Shown here: piece after piece, positions 43,569-52,439 of the stretch
Position numbering within the stretch: position 1 is the first letter of the stretch
Layout: every line of letters begins with the position of its first letter
Source: Nitrospinales bacterium
Lineage (GTDB): Bacteria; Nitrospinota; Nitrospinia; Nitrospinales; VA-1
Direction: 5' to 3'
DNA length: 64,000 bases
Assembly (NCBI GenBank): GCA_965223795.1
Contig: CBDCXL010000002.1
Span: 577,036 to 641,035 of the forward strand
Made by a program: the position numbers and the translations under genes
Notes under the pieces: generated by a model
What the model was told of the DNA's origin: nothing
The model's input: only the letters and a program-made list of their open reading frames with translations
Databases searched by the model: none

Positions 43569-43793
43569 CCCTGCAGCGTGCGGTTCCGCGCCCCGAATCC
43601 CGGCTCCCCACCGCCCTTCACCCGCACAATTTGCCTTGCAAGTTAAAACCGTTTTCAGTATTTTGGCCCCCTCCCCTCCGCAATTTGGGGGGACGTCCGG
43701 CCCGCGGAGGCAACCTGCGCGCGCCGCAGGACTCCATTCCAACCCGAAATACATGATGACCGAATTTTGCAATCCTCACCGGAACCGCGCTTG

Positions 43794-45569
43794 ATGACAT
43801 CCAGCATTCGACGCACCCACAACTGCGGGGAACTATCAGAACAGAACATCGACCAGGAGGTCACCATCTGCGGCTGGGTGCACACCCGGCGCGACCACGG
43901 CGGGCTGATCTTCATCGACCTTTGGGACAAGCAGGGCATCACGCAGGTGGTGCTGAACCCGCAGATCGACAAGCTGGCGCACCAGCATGCGCAGGACCTG
44001 CGCGGCAATTTCGTGATCGCGGTGCACGGCAAGGTGCGCCTGCGGCCTGAGGGGATGGTGAATACGAAGCTGGCTACGGGCAAGATCGAAGTGTACGTGG
44101 ACGATCTCAACATCCTCAACGAATCGAAGACGCCGCCGTTTTCGGTGTGGGACAATCCGGACGTTTCCGAAGCGCTCAGGCTCAAGCACCGCTACCTCGA
44201 CCTGCGCGGCGAGACGCTGCAGCACAATCTGAAAACGCGCTACCAGATCACGCGCACGGCGAGAAACGTGCTGGACGCGCACGGCTTCACGGAAGTGGAG
44301 ACGCCCATTCTGACCAAAAGCACGCCGGAGGGCGCGCGCGACTACCTTGTGCCGAGCCGCCTCAACCCGGAAAAATTCTACGCCCTGCCACAGTCGCCGC
44401 AGCTGTTCAAGCAGATCCTGATGGTGTCGGGCATGGACCGGTATTTCCAGATCGTCAAATGCTTCCGCGACGAAGATCTCAGACAGGACCGGCAGCCGGA
44501 GTTCACGCAGATCGACGTGGAGGCGTCGTTCATCGACGAGCCGCAACTGTTCGGGATGGTGGAGACCCTGATGGCGGCGGTGTACAAAGACACGCTGGGG
44601 ATCGAAATCGAAACGCCGTTTCCCATCCTCAAATACCAGGACGCGATCGACCGCTACGGCACGGACAAGCCGGACCTGCGCTTCGGGCTTGAGATCGTCG
44701 ATCTCGGTGATCTGCTTGCGGGCGTCGGCTTCAAGGTGTTCGCGCAGGCGCTGAAGGACGGCGGCCAGGTGCGGGCCATCAATCTCAAGAACAGCGCCGA
44801 GGCGCTGTCGCGCAAGGCGCTCGACGACCTCACCGAGGTGGCCAAGACCTACGGCGCGAAGGGCATGGCCTGGATCAAGATCCAGCAGGACGATCTGCAG
44901 TCGCCGATCATCAAATTTTTCGAGAAGGACACGCTGGACGCGCTGATCGCAAAGATGCAGGGCGAGACGGGAGACACGCTGGTGTTCATCGCCGACACGC
45001 CGAAGATCGTCGCCGACGCGCTGGCGCACATCCGGCTGGCGGCGGGCAAGCAGCTCGGCCTCATCGACCCATCGCTGAACCGTTTCGCCTGGGTGACGGA
45101 GTTTCCGCTGCTGGAATACGACGAGGAGGAAAAACGCTACGTCGCCATGCACCATCCGTTCACGGCGCCGCTCGATGAAGATCTGGACAAGCTGGAAAGC
45201 GATCCGGGCCAGATCCGCGCGCGCGCCTACGATCTGGTCCTAAACGGCAACGAGATCGGCGGCGGCAGCATCCGTATCCACCAGAAAACCGTGCAGGACA
45301 AGATGTTCCAACTGCTCGGCATCGACGAGGAGGAAGCGGCGCTCAAGTTCGGCTTCCTGCTCGACGCGCTGCAGTACGGCGCGCCGCCGCACGGCGGCAT
45401 CGCCTTCGGGCTCGACCGCATCGCCATGCTGGTGGTGGGCGCAGACTCGATCCGCGACGTGATCGCCTTCCCCAAAACCCAGAAAGCCACCTGCCTGATG
45501 ACCCAGGCCCCCTCCGAAGTGGACAAAAAACAGCTCCGGGAATTGAAGCTCAAGTTCGACCTTTCCTGA
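43794..45569 (+). CDS. aspS: aspartate--tRNA ligase
   Basis: 591 aa counted from MTSSIRRTHNCGEL. Class II motifs are present (FRDEDLRQDRQPEFTQID, GGGSIRIH, GIAFGLDR). Confidence 0.95.
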   Translation: MTSSIRRTHNCGELSEQNIDQEVTICGWVHTRRDHGGLIFIDLWDKQGITQVVLNPQIDKLAHQHAQDLRGNFVIAVHGKVRLRPEGMVNTKLATGKIEVYVDDLNILNESKTPPFSVWDNPDVSEALRLKHRYLDLRGETLQHNLKTRYQITRTARNVLDAHGFTEVETPILTKSTPEGARDYLVPSRLNPEKFYALPQSPQLFKQILMVSGMDRYFQIVKCFRDEDLRQDRQPEFTQIDVEASFIDEPQLFGMVETLMAAVYKDTLGIEIETPFPILKYQDAIDRYGTDKPDLRFGLEIVDLGDLLAGVGFKVFAQALKDGGQVRAINLKNSAEALSRKALDDLTEVAKTYGAKGMAWIKIQQDDLQSPIIKFFEKDTLDALIAKMQGETGDTLVFIADTPKIVADALAHIRLAAGKQLGLIDPSLNRFAWVTEFPLLEYDEEEKRYVAMHHPFTAPLDEDLDKLESDPGQIRARAYDLVLNGNEIGGGSIRIHQKTVQDKMFQLLGIDEEEAALKFGFLLDALQYGAPPHGGIAFGLDRIAMLVVGADSIRDVIAFPKTQKATCLMTQAPSEVDKKQLRELKLKFDLS

Positions 45570-45824
45570 TCACCCCCCCTACTGCTTCAATCAGTGCAGT
45601 TTTCATTTTCAGCATCGACATGCATCGATTTGAAGCGATTCAGTGGGGTTTCAATGAAAATGTCTCTATTATTTAACCCATTGATTCTTATTTAATTGAC
45701 TTCCCGCCCCATTGAGCGGATTCTGGTTCCAGCCTACCTTACCCCACCTTGGCTTCCACCCGCATAGCAGGGAAAAGTAAAGTCGCGCACGCACTTAACC
45801 TTTTTACCCGGAAAAGGAGGAAGC

Positions 45825-45887
45825 ATGGAAATCCTGGCATTGACCATGATCGCTCTCGTCGCCCTGGTTGGCGGCCTGAACAACTAG
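45825..45887 (+). CDS. candidate 20-aa hydrophobic micropeptide
   Basis: The peptide MEILALTMIALVALVGGLNN is preceded by AAGGAGG 5 nt upstream of the ATG. It sits in an otherwise non-coding ~580-nt gap. Confidence 0.3.
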   Translation: MEILALTMIALVALVGGLNN

Positions 45888-46153
45888 TAGAAGATCGGAA
45901 CACCCAGCAAGAGACGATGAATCGATATTGCTGACGCGTCAGTCCTCTTCCCGGATCTGCCTTGTTATCCGTGTTCATTCATACGTCAGGGGTTTGTCTT
46001 TTTGAGGTTGAACGACCGGAGACGGTCGAGAGAAAGCGGGATCACTTCTCCACGATGTCTTTTTTCAGGCTCTCGACAAATCCGGCGACTTGGGATTTTT
46101 CCCGATCGGGCACGTTGAAATGATCGAGGGAATTCGACGCGTGTGGGCGGTGG

Positions 46154-46539
46154 GGTGTCGAAGCAAACCGTAAGCCGGGTTCTGTTCTCCATCGAGATGG
46201 AGCGATGGTCATCAATCTAGGCCTGCCGTTGCCGGCAGGCTCGAGCGATCTACCCGAAAGTATCGGACGGGCCGCCCTCGAACACTTTCCTATTCGATCT
46301 TGCTCCGGATAGGGTTTGCCCTGCCACCGCTGTCGCCAGCGGCGCGGTGAGCTCTTACCTCACCTTTTCACCTTTGCCGCCGGCGGGCGAACCCGCCGGG
46401 TGGGCCGTGTGTTTTCTGCGGCACTTTCCTTGAGGTCACCCTCACTCCGCGTTACGGAGTATCCTGCCCTGTGGAGCCCGGACTTTCCTCCCTCCCGGCA
46501 TGACGCCGGGACGGCGACCATCTGGTTTGCTTCGACACC
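46154..46539 (-). ncRNA. rnpB: RNase P RNA, bacterial type A
   Basis: The minus strand carries GAGGAAAGTCCGGGCTCCACAGGGCAGGA, AAAGGTGAAAAGGTGAGGTAAGAGCTCACC and ACAGAACCCGGCTTA. The P1 stem pairs GGTGTCGAAGCAAACC (5' end, 46539-46524) with GGTTTGCTTCGACACC (3' end, 46169-46154). Confidence 0.92.
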
Positions 46540-46679
46540 CCGTCCCACGGGGTGGGAACAGGTCCCACGTTCCTATTCCAATCGTATTTTACCAGCATGC
46601 AGCCGGAGTTTGAAATCTCAGCGCACCTCAACATCCTTGAACAATCAACTGTTGGGAAATTCAGCGGGTTTGCGAACGC

Positions 46680-47420
46680 TCAGGATTGCAGCGGTTCTGC
46701 GGCCTCGGCTTCGGGCTTGGGGATGAAGTACAGAAACCGGGAGCACTGGGAGCACTGGTGGATGATCTCTCCCTTGCGGATGTCGACCACCATCTGCGGC
46801 AGGATCTGTTGGAAACAGCCCTGGCACACGCTGTCCTGCATGGGCACCACGGCCCTGCCCTCCCGGGCCTTGAGCACCTTCTCGTAGCTTCTGGCCCATT
46901 GGGGCTCAATGGTTCCTATCCGTTCCGTCCGCTTTGCGATCAGGGTCTCGAGATCCCGCTTCGCCCGTTCGGCCTCGGCTTCCTTTTTGGCCTTGTACGC
47001 GTTGTATTCCGCCTGTTCCTCCTTGAACCGGGCGTCGATGCCGGGCAGCTCTTTTTCCTTTTCCTCGAGGGTCTCCATGATCGCCAGTTCCTCGTCTTCG
47101 AAGCGGGCGATCTTCACCTTGACGGCATCCACTTCCGACAGGATGGCGCTGTACTCCTTGTTGGTCTTGACGGTGGGGAGCTTCTGCTTGGTCCTGGCCA
47201 TGTGGTCGTGTTCGGCCTGCACGTCCATTTCCAGCTGGTGGCGTTTCTTCTTCAACTCGTCGATCACATCGTGAGCCTGTTTCTGCTCCTCCTCGATCTT
47301 GCGCATGCCCGCCTGCGCGGACTCCAGCTGGCCGGGGATGCGGGCGATGGCACCCTGGCACTCGGCGATTTCCCGGTCGATTTCCTGCAGTTCGATGAGA
47401 TGTTTGAGCTGGACGTTCAT
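46680..47420 (-). CDS. COG1579-type coiled-coil protein with C-terminal C4 zinc ribbon
   Basis: 246 aa counted from MNVQLKHLIELQEIDREI. A long coiled coil is followed by CQGCFQQI ... CSQCSRFLY. An alternative start lies at 47477. Confidence 0.75.
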   Translation of the reverse strand: MNVQLKHLIELQEIDREIAECQGAIARIPGQLESAQAGMRKIEEEQKQAHDVIDELKKKRHQLEMDVQAEHDHMARTKQKLPTVKTNKEYSAILSEVDAVKVKIARFEDEELAIMETLEEKEKELPGIDARFKEEQAEYNAYKAKKEAEAERAKRDLETLIAKRTERIGTIEPQWARSYEKVLKAREGRAVVPMQDSVCQGCFQQILPQMVVDIRKGEIIHQCSQCSRFLYFIPKPEAEAAEPLQS

Positions 47421-47630
47421 TCGGCTCTCGAGGGCGTTTTCGATGCCGCATCCCGGTATTTCGAACTCTTTCTCCATCTCTGGAGCCGGGAAGCGGTTGC
47501 GTGGAACGCCTGAAAATGTAGCACGGGCCCCTCCGGCATTGCAAATATTAAGCCCCCAAATCCGCAAGGACTCCGGCGCCCGGCCGCGGGAACGCGGCGC
47601 GCGGCAAGGCGTTGCGACGGATATCCGGTG

Positions 47631-48542
47631 TCAGGCGTGCTTTTTTTTGGCTTTGAACTTGGTTTCCCAATAGAGCAGGAACACGCTGGCGATGAAGATC
47701 GAGGAATAGGTGCCCACCAGGACGCCGATGAGCAGCGCGAAGGAGAAATCGTGGATGATCTCGCCGCCCAGGAAAAACAGCGCCATCACCACGAGCAGCG
47801 TGGTGCCGGAGGTCAGCAGGGTGCGGCTCAGGGTCTGGTTGACGCTCATGTTGATGAGGTCGAACAGCGACATCTTGCCCTTGCGGCGGTAGTTCTCGCG
47901 GATGCGGTCGAACACCACGATGGTGTCGTTCAAGGAATAACCGATGATGGTGAGAAACGCCGCCACGATGACGAGGGTGAACTCCTTGTCGGTGACGGAA
48001 AATGCGCCCATGGTGATCATCACGTCGTGGATCAGGGCGATGATGGCGGCGATGGCGTACTGGAACTCGAAACGCCAGGAAATGTAGATGACGATGCCGA
48101 TGACCGCGTACACGATGGAGAGCAGCGCTTTCTTTCTGAGGTCCTTGCCGACTTTCGGCCCGACCATCTCCACGCGCTCCACCGAGATGTCGTCGAGGTT
48201 GAAGTGGTCCTTGAGACTGTCCTTGACGTCGGCGCCGATCGCCTGCAGCTTTTCCTCGGAACTTTTCACGCGGATGAGGATGTCGTTTTTGGTACCGAAC
48301 TCCTGAATGGTGCTGTCGCCCAGGTTGATGGTCTTGAGGCCTTCGCGGATGTCGTCGATGGCGGGCGGGTTCTTGAACTTGAGCTGCACCAGCGTGCCGC
48401 CGGCGAAGTCGATCCCGTAGCGCAGTCCTCCGTGCATGATGATGGAGACGATGCCGAGCAGAATCAGGATTCCGGACAGCACCAGGGTGATGCGGATCTT
48501 GCCCATGAAGTCGAAATGGGTCTGGCGTTTGAATATTTCCAT
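47631..48542 (-). CDS. secF: protein translocase subunit SecF
   Basis: 303 aa. SecF pattern: GIDFAGGTLVQL and IGYSLNDTIVVFDRIREN. Confidence 0.92.
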   Translation of the reverse strand: MEIFKRQTHFDFMGKIRITLVLSGILILLGIVSIIMHGGLRYGIDFAGGTLVQLKFKNPPAIDDIREGLKTINLGDSTIQEFGTKNDILIRVKSSEEKLQAIGADVKDSLKDHFNLDDISVERVEMVGPKVGKDLRKKALLSIVYAVIGIVIYISWRFEFQYAIAAIIALIHDVMITMGAFSVTDKEFTLVIVAAFLTIIGYSLNDTIVVFDRIRENYRRKGKMSLFDLINMSVNQTLSRTLLTSGTTLLVVMALFFLGGEIIHDFSFALLIGVLVGTYSSIFIASVFLLYWETKFKAKKKHA

Positions 48543-48621
48543 AGATCAGGTGCGTTCCGCCGAATGCGCGCGGGATTCGCGGCGCGGGGTTTTCAATTTG
48601 TGTTCGGGTTGCGGCATGGCG

Positions 48622-50178
48622 TCAGATGCTGAGCCGGGCCAGTTTTTTCCGGCTCATGGCGCTGTCGAAGATGGTGCGGCTCACGAACACCGCGGTGAAC
48701 ATGCTGGCCGCGATGCCGATGCACAGCGTGATGGCGAATCCCTTGATCGGCCCGGTGCCGAACTGGAACAGCACCACCGCGGCGATGAAGGTGGTGATGT
48801 TGGCGTCGACGATGGTGCGGAACGCCTTGGAAAATCCGGAATCGATGGCGGCGCGGACGGTCTTGCCGTTTTTCAGCTCTTCGCGGATGCGCTCGAACAC
48901 CAGCACGTTGGCGTCGATCGCCATGCCCACGGTCAGGATGATGCCGGCGATGCCCGGCAGGGTGAGCGCCGCGCCGAAATAGGCCAGCGCGCCCACCAGC
49001 ATGACGATGTTGAGAAACAGCGCCGTCACGGCCACGAATCCGGACAGCTTGTAGTAGATGATGATGAACGCGATCACCAGAATGCCGCCGAGGATGATGG
49101 AGCTGATCCCCTTCTCGATGGAGTCCTTGCCGAGCGAGGGGCCGACGGTGCGGTTTTCCAGGATGACGACGGGCGCGGGCAGCGCGCCGGCGCGCAGGAC
49201 GATGGCCAGGTCGCGCGCCTCCTCGGTGGTGAAGCTGCCGGTGATCTGGGCGCGGCCGCCGGGAATCTCATCCTGGATGACCGGCGCGGAATAGACGTTG
49301 TCGTCCAGCACGATGGCCAGCCGCTTTTTCACGTTTTCGCGGGTGATGCGTTGAAACGTGCTGGCTCCCTGCCGGTTGAAGGTGATGGCGACGTAGGGCT
49401 CGTTGAACTGCTGGGAATCGAAGCGCACCTCGGCGTTGGTCAGGGTATCGCCGGTGAGGACCGTCCGCTTCTTGAGCAGGAAGGGCTCCTTGGTGGTCTC
49501 GCCGGTTTCCTTGTTCTCCTTGCGCTCATACAGGATCTCATCGCCGGGAGGCAGGCCGTTTTTCATCGCCATGTCCACGCTCATGGACTCATCCACCAGC
49601 TTGAATTCGAGGCGCGCGGTCTTGCCGATCAGGTTGATGGCGCGCTTGGGGTCCTTGATGCCGGGCAATTGCACTAATATGCGCCTTTCGCCCTGCACCT
49701 GAATGGTGGGTTCGGACACGCCGAACTGGTCCACGCGGTTGCGGATGGTCTCCAGCCCCTGGCTCACGGCGTTCTTTTCGATCTGCTCGATCTGCGAATC
49801 GGACAGCTTGAACCGAAGCTCCACGCCGTCGGCCAGCACTTCCTTGTTCTGGAGGAAGGGGTAGTTCTCCATCACTTTTTCCACTTCCGGCCGGTCGACG
49901 CTGTCCACGAGCACGATGCGGATTTTCTTGTTCTCCTGGTCGTCGAGGACCCGGTCGATCTCGATGTCCTCGTTCTCCAGATCGCGCTTGATGTCGTCGG
50001 CGAGCCGCTCCAGGCTGGCCTCGACGGCTTTTTCCACCTGGACTTCCAGCACCAGGTGCATGCCCCCCTGAAGGTCGAGCCCCAGGGCGATCTTCTCCTT
50101 GAGCGGATAGGCGAGAAACACCGCGCCGCAGATGGTGAGCAGGATCAGGGGAATTTTCCACTTGAGGTCTTTATACAT
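48622..50178 (-). CDS. secD: protein translocase subunit SecD
   Basis: 518 aa counted from MYKDLKWKIPLILLT. It has LGLDLQGGMHLVLEV and AIDANVLVFERIREE. The track start at 50226 would run into repeat B copy 3. Confidence 0.92.
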   Translation of the reverse strand: MYKDLKWKIPLILLTICGAVFLAYPLKEKIALGLDLQGGMHLVLEVQVEKAVEASLERLADDIKRDLENEDIEIDRVLDDQENKKIRIVLVDSVDRPEVEKVMENYPFLQNKEVLADGVELRFKLSDSQIEQIEKNAVSQGLETIRNRVDQFGVSEPTIQVQGERRILVQLPGIKDPKRAINLIGKTARLEFKLVDESMSVDMAMKNGLPPGDEILYERKENKETGETTKEPFLLKKRTVLTGDTLTNAEVRFDSQQFNEPYVAITFNRQGASTFQRITRENVKKRLAIVLDDNVYSAPVIQDEIPGGRAQITGSFTTEEARDLAIVLRAGALPAPVVILENRTVGPSLGKDSIEKGISSIILGGILVIAFIIIYYKLSGFVAVTALFLNIVMLVGALAYFGAALTLPGIAGIILTVGMAIDANVLVFERIREELKNGKTVRAAIDSGFSKAFRTIVDANITTFIAAVVLFQFGTGPIKGFAITLCIGIAASMFTAVFVSRTIFDSAMSRKKLARLSI

Positions 50179-50204
50179 AGAACGGTGCCGGTTGTGTGCG
50201 GCGA

Positions 50205-50269
50205 CATGCTTCGGCAGGCTCAGCATGACAGGATCTTTGCGCTTCCGTCATCCTGGGCCTGCCGAAGGG
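50205..50269. repeat. palindromic dispersed repeat, family B (copy 3)
   Basis: CATGCTTCGGCAGGCTCAGCATGAC ... GTCATCCTGGGCCTGCCGAAGGG, in the yajC-secD intergenic region. Confidence 0.75.
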
Positions 50270-50273
50270 TGGT

Positions 50274-50819
50274 TTATTTCATTTTTTCCAGCAGGAAATT
50301 GTAGGCTTTTTCCACTTTCTTGAATTCCGCTTCCGCTTTGGGATCGCCGTTGTTGCTGTCCGGACGCACCTCGGCGGCCTTTTTCTTGTAGGCCTTCTTC
50401 AACTGGTTCTTGCTGGTCAATTCCTCAAGATCCAGAACTTTGCAGTATTTTTTGATTTCATCGTCGTCCGGATCGATCTCGCCTTTTTCCGCACCGGCGG
50501 CCGATTCGCTCTTCATGGTGGCGATGGAAGCGCGGTTGATCTTGATGCGGACGTTGTCGGCGATCTGCAGCATCACCACGTCGTCCTTGATCTTTTTGAT
50601 GGTGCCGTGGATGCCGCTCATTGTGACGACGTTGTCCCCTTCCTTCAGGGCATCGAGCATCTTGCGCGTTTGTGCCTGCTTCTTCTGCTGCGGCCGGATC
50701 AGGATGAAGTAGAAAATCGCGAACATCATGATCATCGGCGGCAGCAGCGCCAGAAATCCGCCGCCTCCGCCTTCGCCGCCTTCGGGCGGGGGCGCCATGG
50801 CAAATGCTAGTTCAAGCAT
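50274..50819 (-). CDS. yajC: preprotein translocase subunit YajC with a C-terminal J-domain-like extension
   Basis: 181 aa. The YajC core is FAIFYFILIRPQQKK ... GDNVVTMSGIHGTIKKI. Residues ~121-179 align to DnaJ J-domain helices (KAYKKKAAEVRPDSNNGDPKAEAEFKKVEKAYNFL). A GAGGAAAG Shine-Dalgarno is present. Confidence 0.85.
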   Translation of the reverse strand: MLELAFAMAPPPEGGEGGGGGFLALLPPMIMMFAIFYFILIRPQQKKQAQTRKMLDALKEGDNVVTMSGIHGTIKKIKDDVVMLQIADNVRIKINRASIATMKSESAAGAEKGEIDPDDDEIKKYCKVLDLEELTSKNQLKKAYKKKAAEVRPDSNNGDPKAEAEFKKVEKAYNFLLEKMK

Positions 50820-50924
50820 GGTTTGCTTTCCTCAAATCTCACGATGATGGGTGGGATGCGGGTTCACCAGCGTGCCGCTGGCCCCAAATGCAACGCGCGA
50901 CGGGTTTGGAGGCGAAACGTTTTG

Positions 50925-51005
50925 TTTGCAGCCTCTGATTTGAACTTAATCCTATACCTCCACCACTCCGCGGAGGGCGGGTTTGCACACGCCGTGTAAA
51001 ACTTT
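50925..51005. repeat. dispersed intergenic repeat, family C, copy 2
   Basis: TTTGCAGCC ... CCACTCCGCGGAGGGCGGGTTTGCACACGCCGTGTAAAACT, matching 6795-6868. Confidence 0.75.
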
Positions 51006-51295
51006 CCGCTTCCGCCGTCCAGTTGCAGGGCCGCATCCGCGCACCCGGCCGTGGGAGTGGTCTGCCCGCGCGGGCCATGCTTTCGGGCCCGGACCCGGTG
51101 TGTTTCCGTCCTCGCACTCCGGGACGGATCCTCCCGCATTCGGAGATTTCTATTTTACGGGTTTACAAAAGGTTATCAAGCAGATTGCGCGGCCCGGCCT
51201 CACTGCGATCAAAGGCTCAGCTTCTATCAAATACCGGGGTCTTTGTCAACCCGGCGGGCCGAAGCCGCAACCGGTTTTCCGGCGCGGGCCGGGAC

Positions 51296-51826
51296 TCAGT
51301 AAAACCCCGGCATCTTCAGATTGGCCTCGTCCGTGAGCTTGCGGTAGAGGGCGTGGAACTCCTCGGTCGTCAGCTTGGGATCTTTCAGGGCTTCGAACTC
51401 CTCGCTGGTGATGGGAATCTGCGAATTTTCATCCCAGGCGGAAGTGGCGATGGCCGCATAATTCGGCGGATTGAGCGACTGCACGATCAGCATGTCCACC
51501 TTGTCGTTGTATTCGAGGGCGAGATCGATCACCAGCCGGGCGTCCTCGGCGCTCACGGCGCTGCCGATGGCGATGTTGGTCGGCGGGTGCCCGCCCCGGG
51601 GTTTCCAGTACTGCACCGTGTGCCTGAGCACCTTGATGGATTTGGACTTGAGAAAATCCCGCAGTTCCTTTTTGCGTTTTTTCTGCTTGTGGGCGAGCCA
51701 GATCTCGATGGTGCAGATGGTGGTTTTCGACTTGTCGCACGCGGCCGCCGCCTGCCGCGGCAGGTGAAACAGGCTCACGGAAACGACAAAGCACATCAAA
51801 ATCAGGTGGATAACAGGCTTTTTCAT
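51296..51826 (-). CDS. hypothetical secreted protein
   Basis: 176 aa counted from MKKPVIHLILMCFVVSVSLFHLPRQAAA, which looks like a signal peptide. A GAAGGGA Shine-Dalgarno is present. Family unknown. Confidence 0.5.
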   Translation of the reverse strand: MKKPVIHLILMCFVVSVSLFHLPRQAAAACDKSKTTICTIEIWLAHKQKKRKKELRDFLKSKSIKVLRHTVQYWKPRGGHPPTNIAIGSAVSAEDARLVIDLALEYNDKVDMLIVQSLNPPNYAAIATSAWDENSQIPITSEEFEALKDPKLTTEEFHALYRKLTDEANLKMPGFY

Positions 51827-52080
51827 ACAGGTCCCTTCATCGATCAAGGTTCAAACATGGATGCGGACAATCTTAACACAACCGCGCGCAGGCCGGACAG
51901 AGCCGGGAAACGGCCTCAAGAACCAAAACGCAGACTATTGATACTTATATACTTATTTTATTCCATCCGGGCCGGAGCGCCGTCTGCCCTCCCCTTCCCG
52001 CGAACGGGAGGGCTCAAGTTTGAGGTGTTTTTTCCGATAAAATGAATGGGATTTTTGTACGCATACCGGGAGTGAACCGA

Positions 52081-52281
52081 ATGACTACAGTCAGCGACGC
52101 AGCGGGTGCATCCGGATTGAGCGCGCAGTATCAGGCGGCGGCCGCGAAAACGGCGCTCGATGCGCAGAAACAGGAAGGGGCCGCGGCGATCGCGCTCATC
52201 GAATCGGCGGCGGCGGTGACGCAGGCTGCCGTTTCCAGCGGCCCCAGGGCCACCGGCAACAACATCGATGTGACTGTGTGA
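52081..52281 (+). CDS. YjfB-like small protein (putative motility protein family pattern)
   Basis: 66 aa. It is Ala/Gln-rich (AKTALDAQKQEGAAAIALIES) and ends GNNIDVTV, as I recall for PF14070-type proteins. Confidence 0.45.
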   Translation: MTTVSDAAGASGLSAQYQAAAAKTALDAQKQEGAAAIALIESAAAVTQAAVSSGPRATGNNIDVTV

Positions 52282-52310
52282 GTCTTTAAAGAACTAAGGA
52301 AAGGGTCTTT

Positions 52311-52400
52311 CCCTCCCCCTCACCCCGCCCTCAAGCCACCTTCAATTGCATTGATAAGCGGGTGTCAAGCTTTGCTTGACCTCCCTCCAGGGGAGAGGGG
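52311..52400. repeat. structured repeat, family A, short form (copy 3)
   Basis: CCCTCCCCCTCACCCCGCCCTCAAGCCACCTTCAATTGCATTGATAAGCGGGTGTCAAGCTTTGCTTGACCTCCCTCCAGGGGAGAGGGG. It lacks the ~47-bp internal module present in copies 1 and 2. Confidence 0.75.
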
Positions 52401-52439
52401 TGAATATATCTAGTTTTCTCGTCTCACCGTTTAATCCTC

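Noticed and set aside
43836-45155. A 439-aa ORF antisense to aspS. Similar cases include 53057-55627 (856 aa, antisense to pepN), 58649-60217, 60377-61516, 61995-62984, 47628-48632 and 48436-49677.
   Set aside because: The reasoning is the same. The sense strands carry class II aaRS, M1 peptidase, kinase and SecDF signatures.
45750-45764. A sigma-54-like TGGC..N..GCA motif (TGGCTTCCACCCGCA). A second one, TGGCACACGTGATGA, lies at 59278-59292 upstream of the hybrid kinase.
   Set aside because: In the first, the GG-to-GC spacing is one nucleotide short of the -24/-12 consensus. In the second, the -12 element reads ATGA instead of TTGC. No enhancer-binding protein gene lies in the window. The evidence is insufficient.
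46041-46127. A short minus-strand frame, LDHFNVPDREKSQVAGFVESLKKDIVEK-stop, resembling the C-terminus of truncated haemoglobins. It could be a gene relic next to rnpB.
   Set aside because: Only about 28 residues are involved. There is no start codon, and the upstream continuation runs into rnpB. Similarity from memory to a short, variable C-terminal segment is too weak to call a pseudogene.
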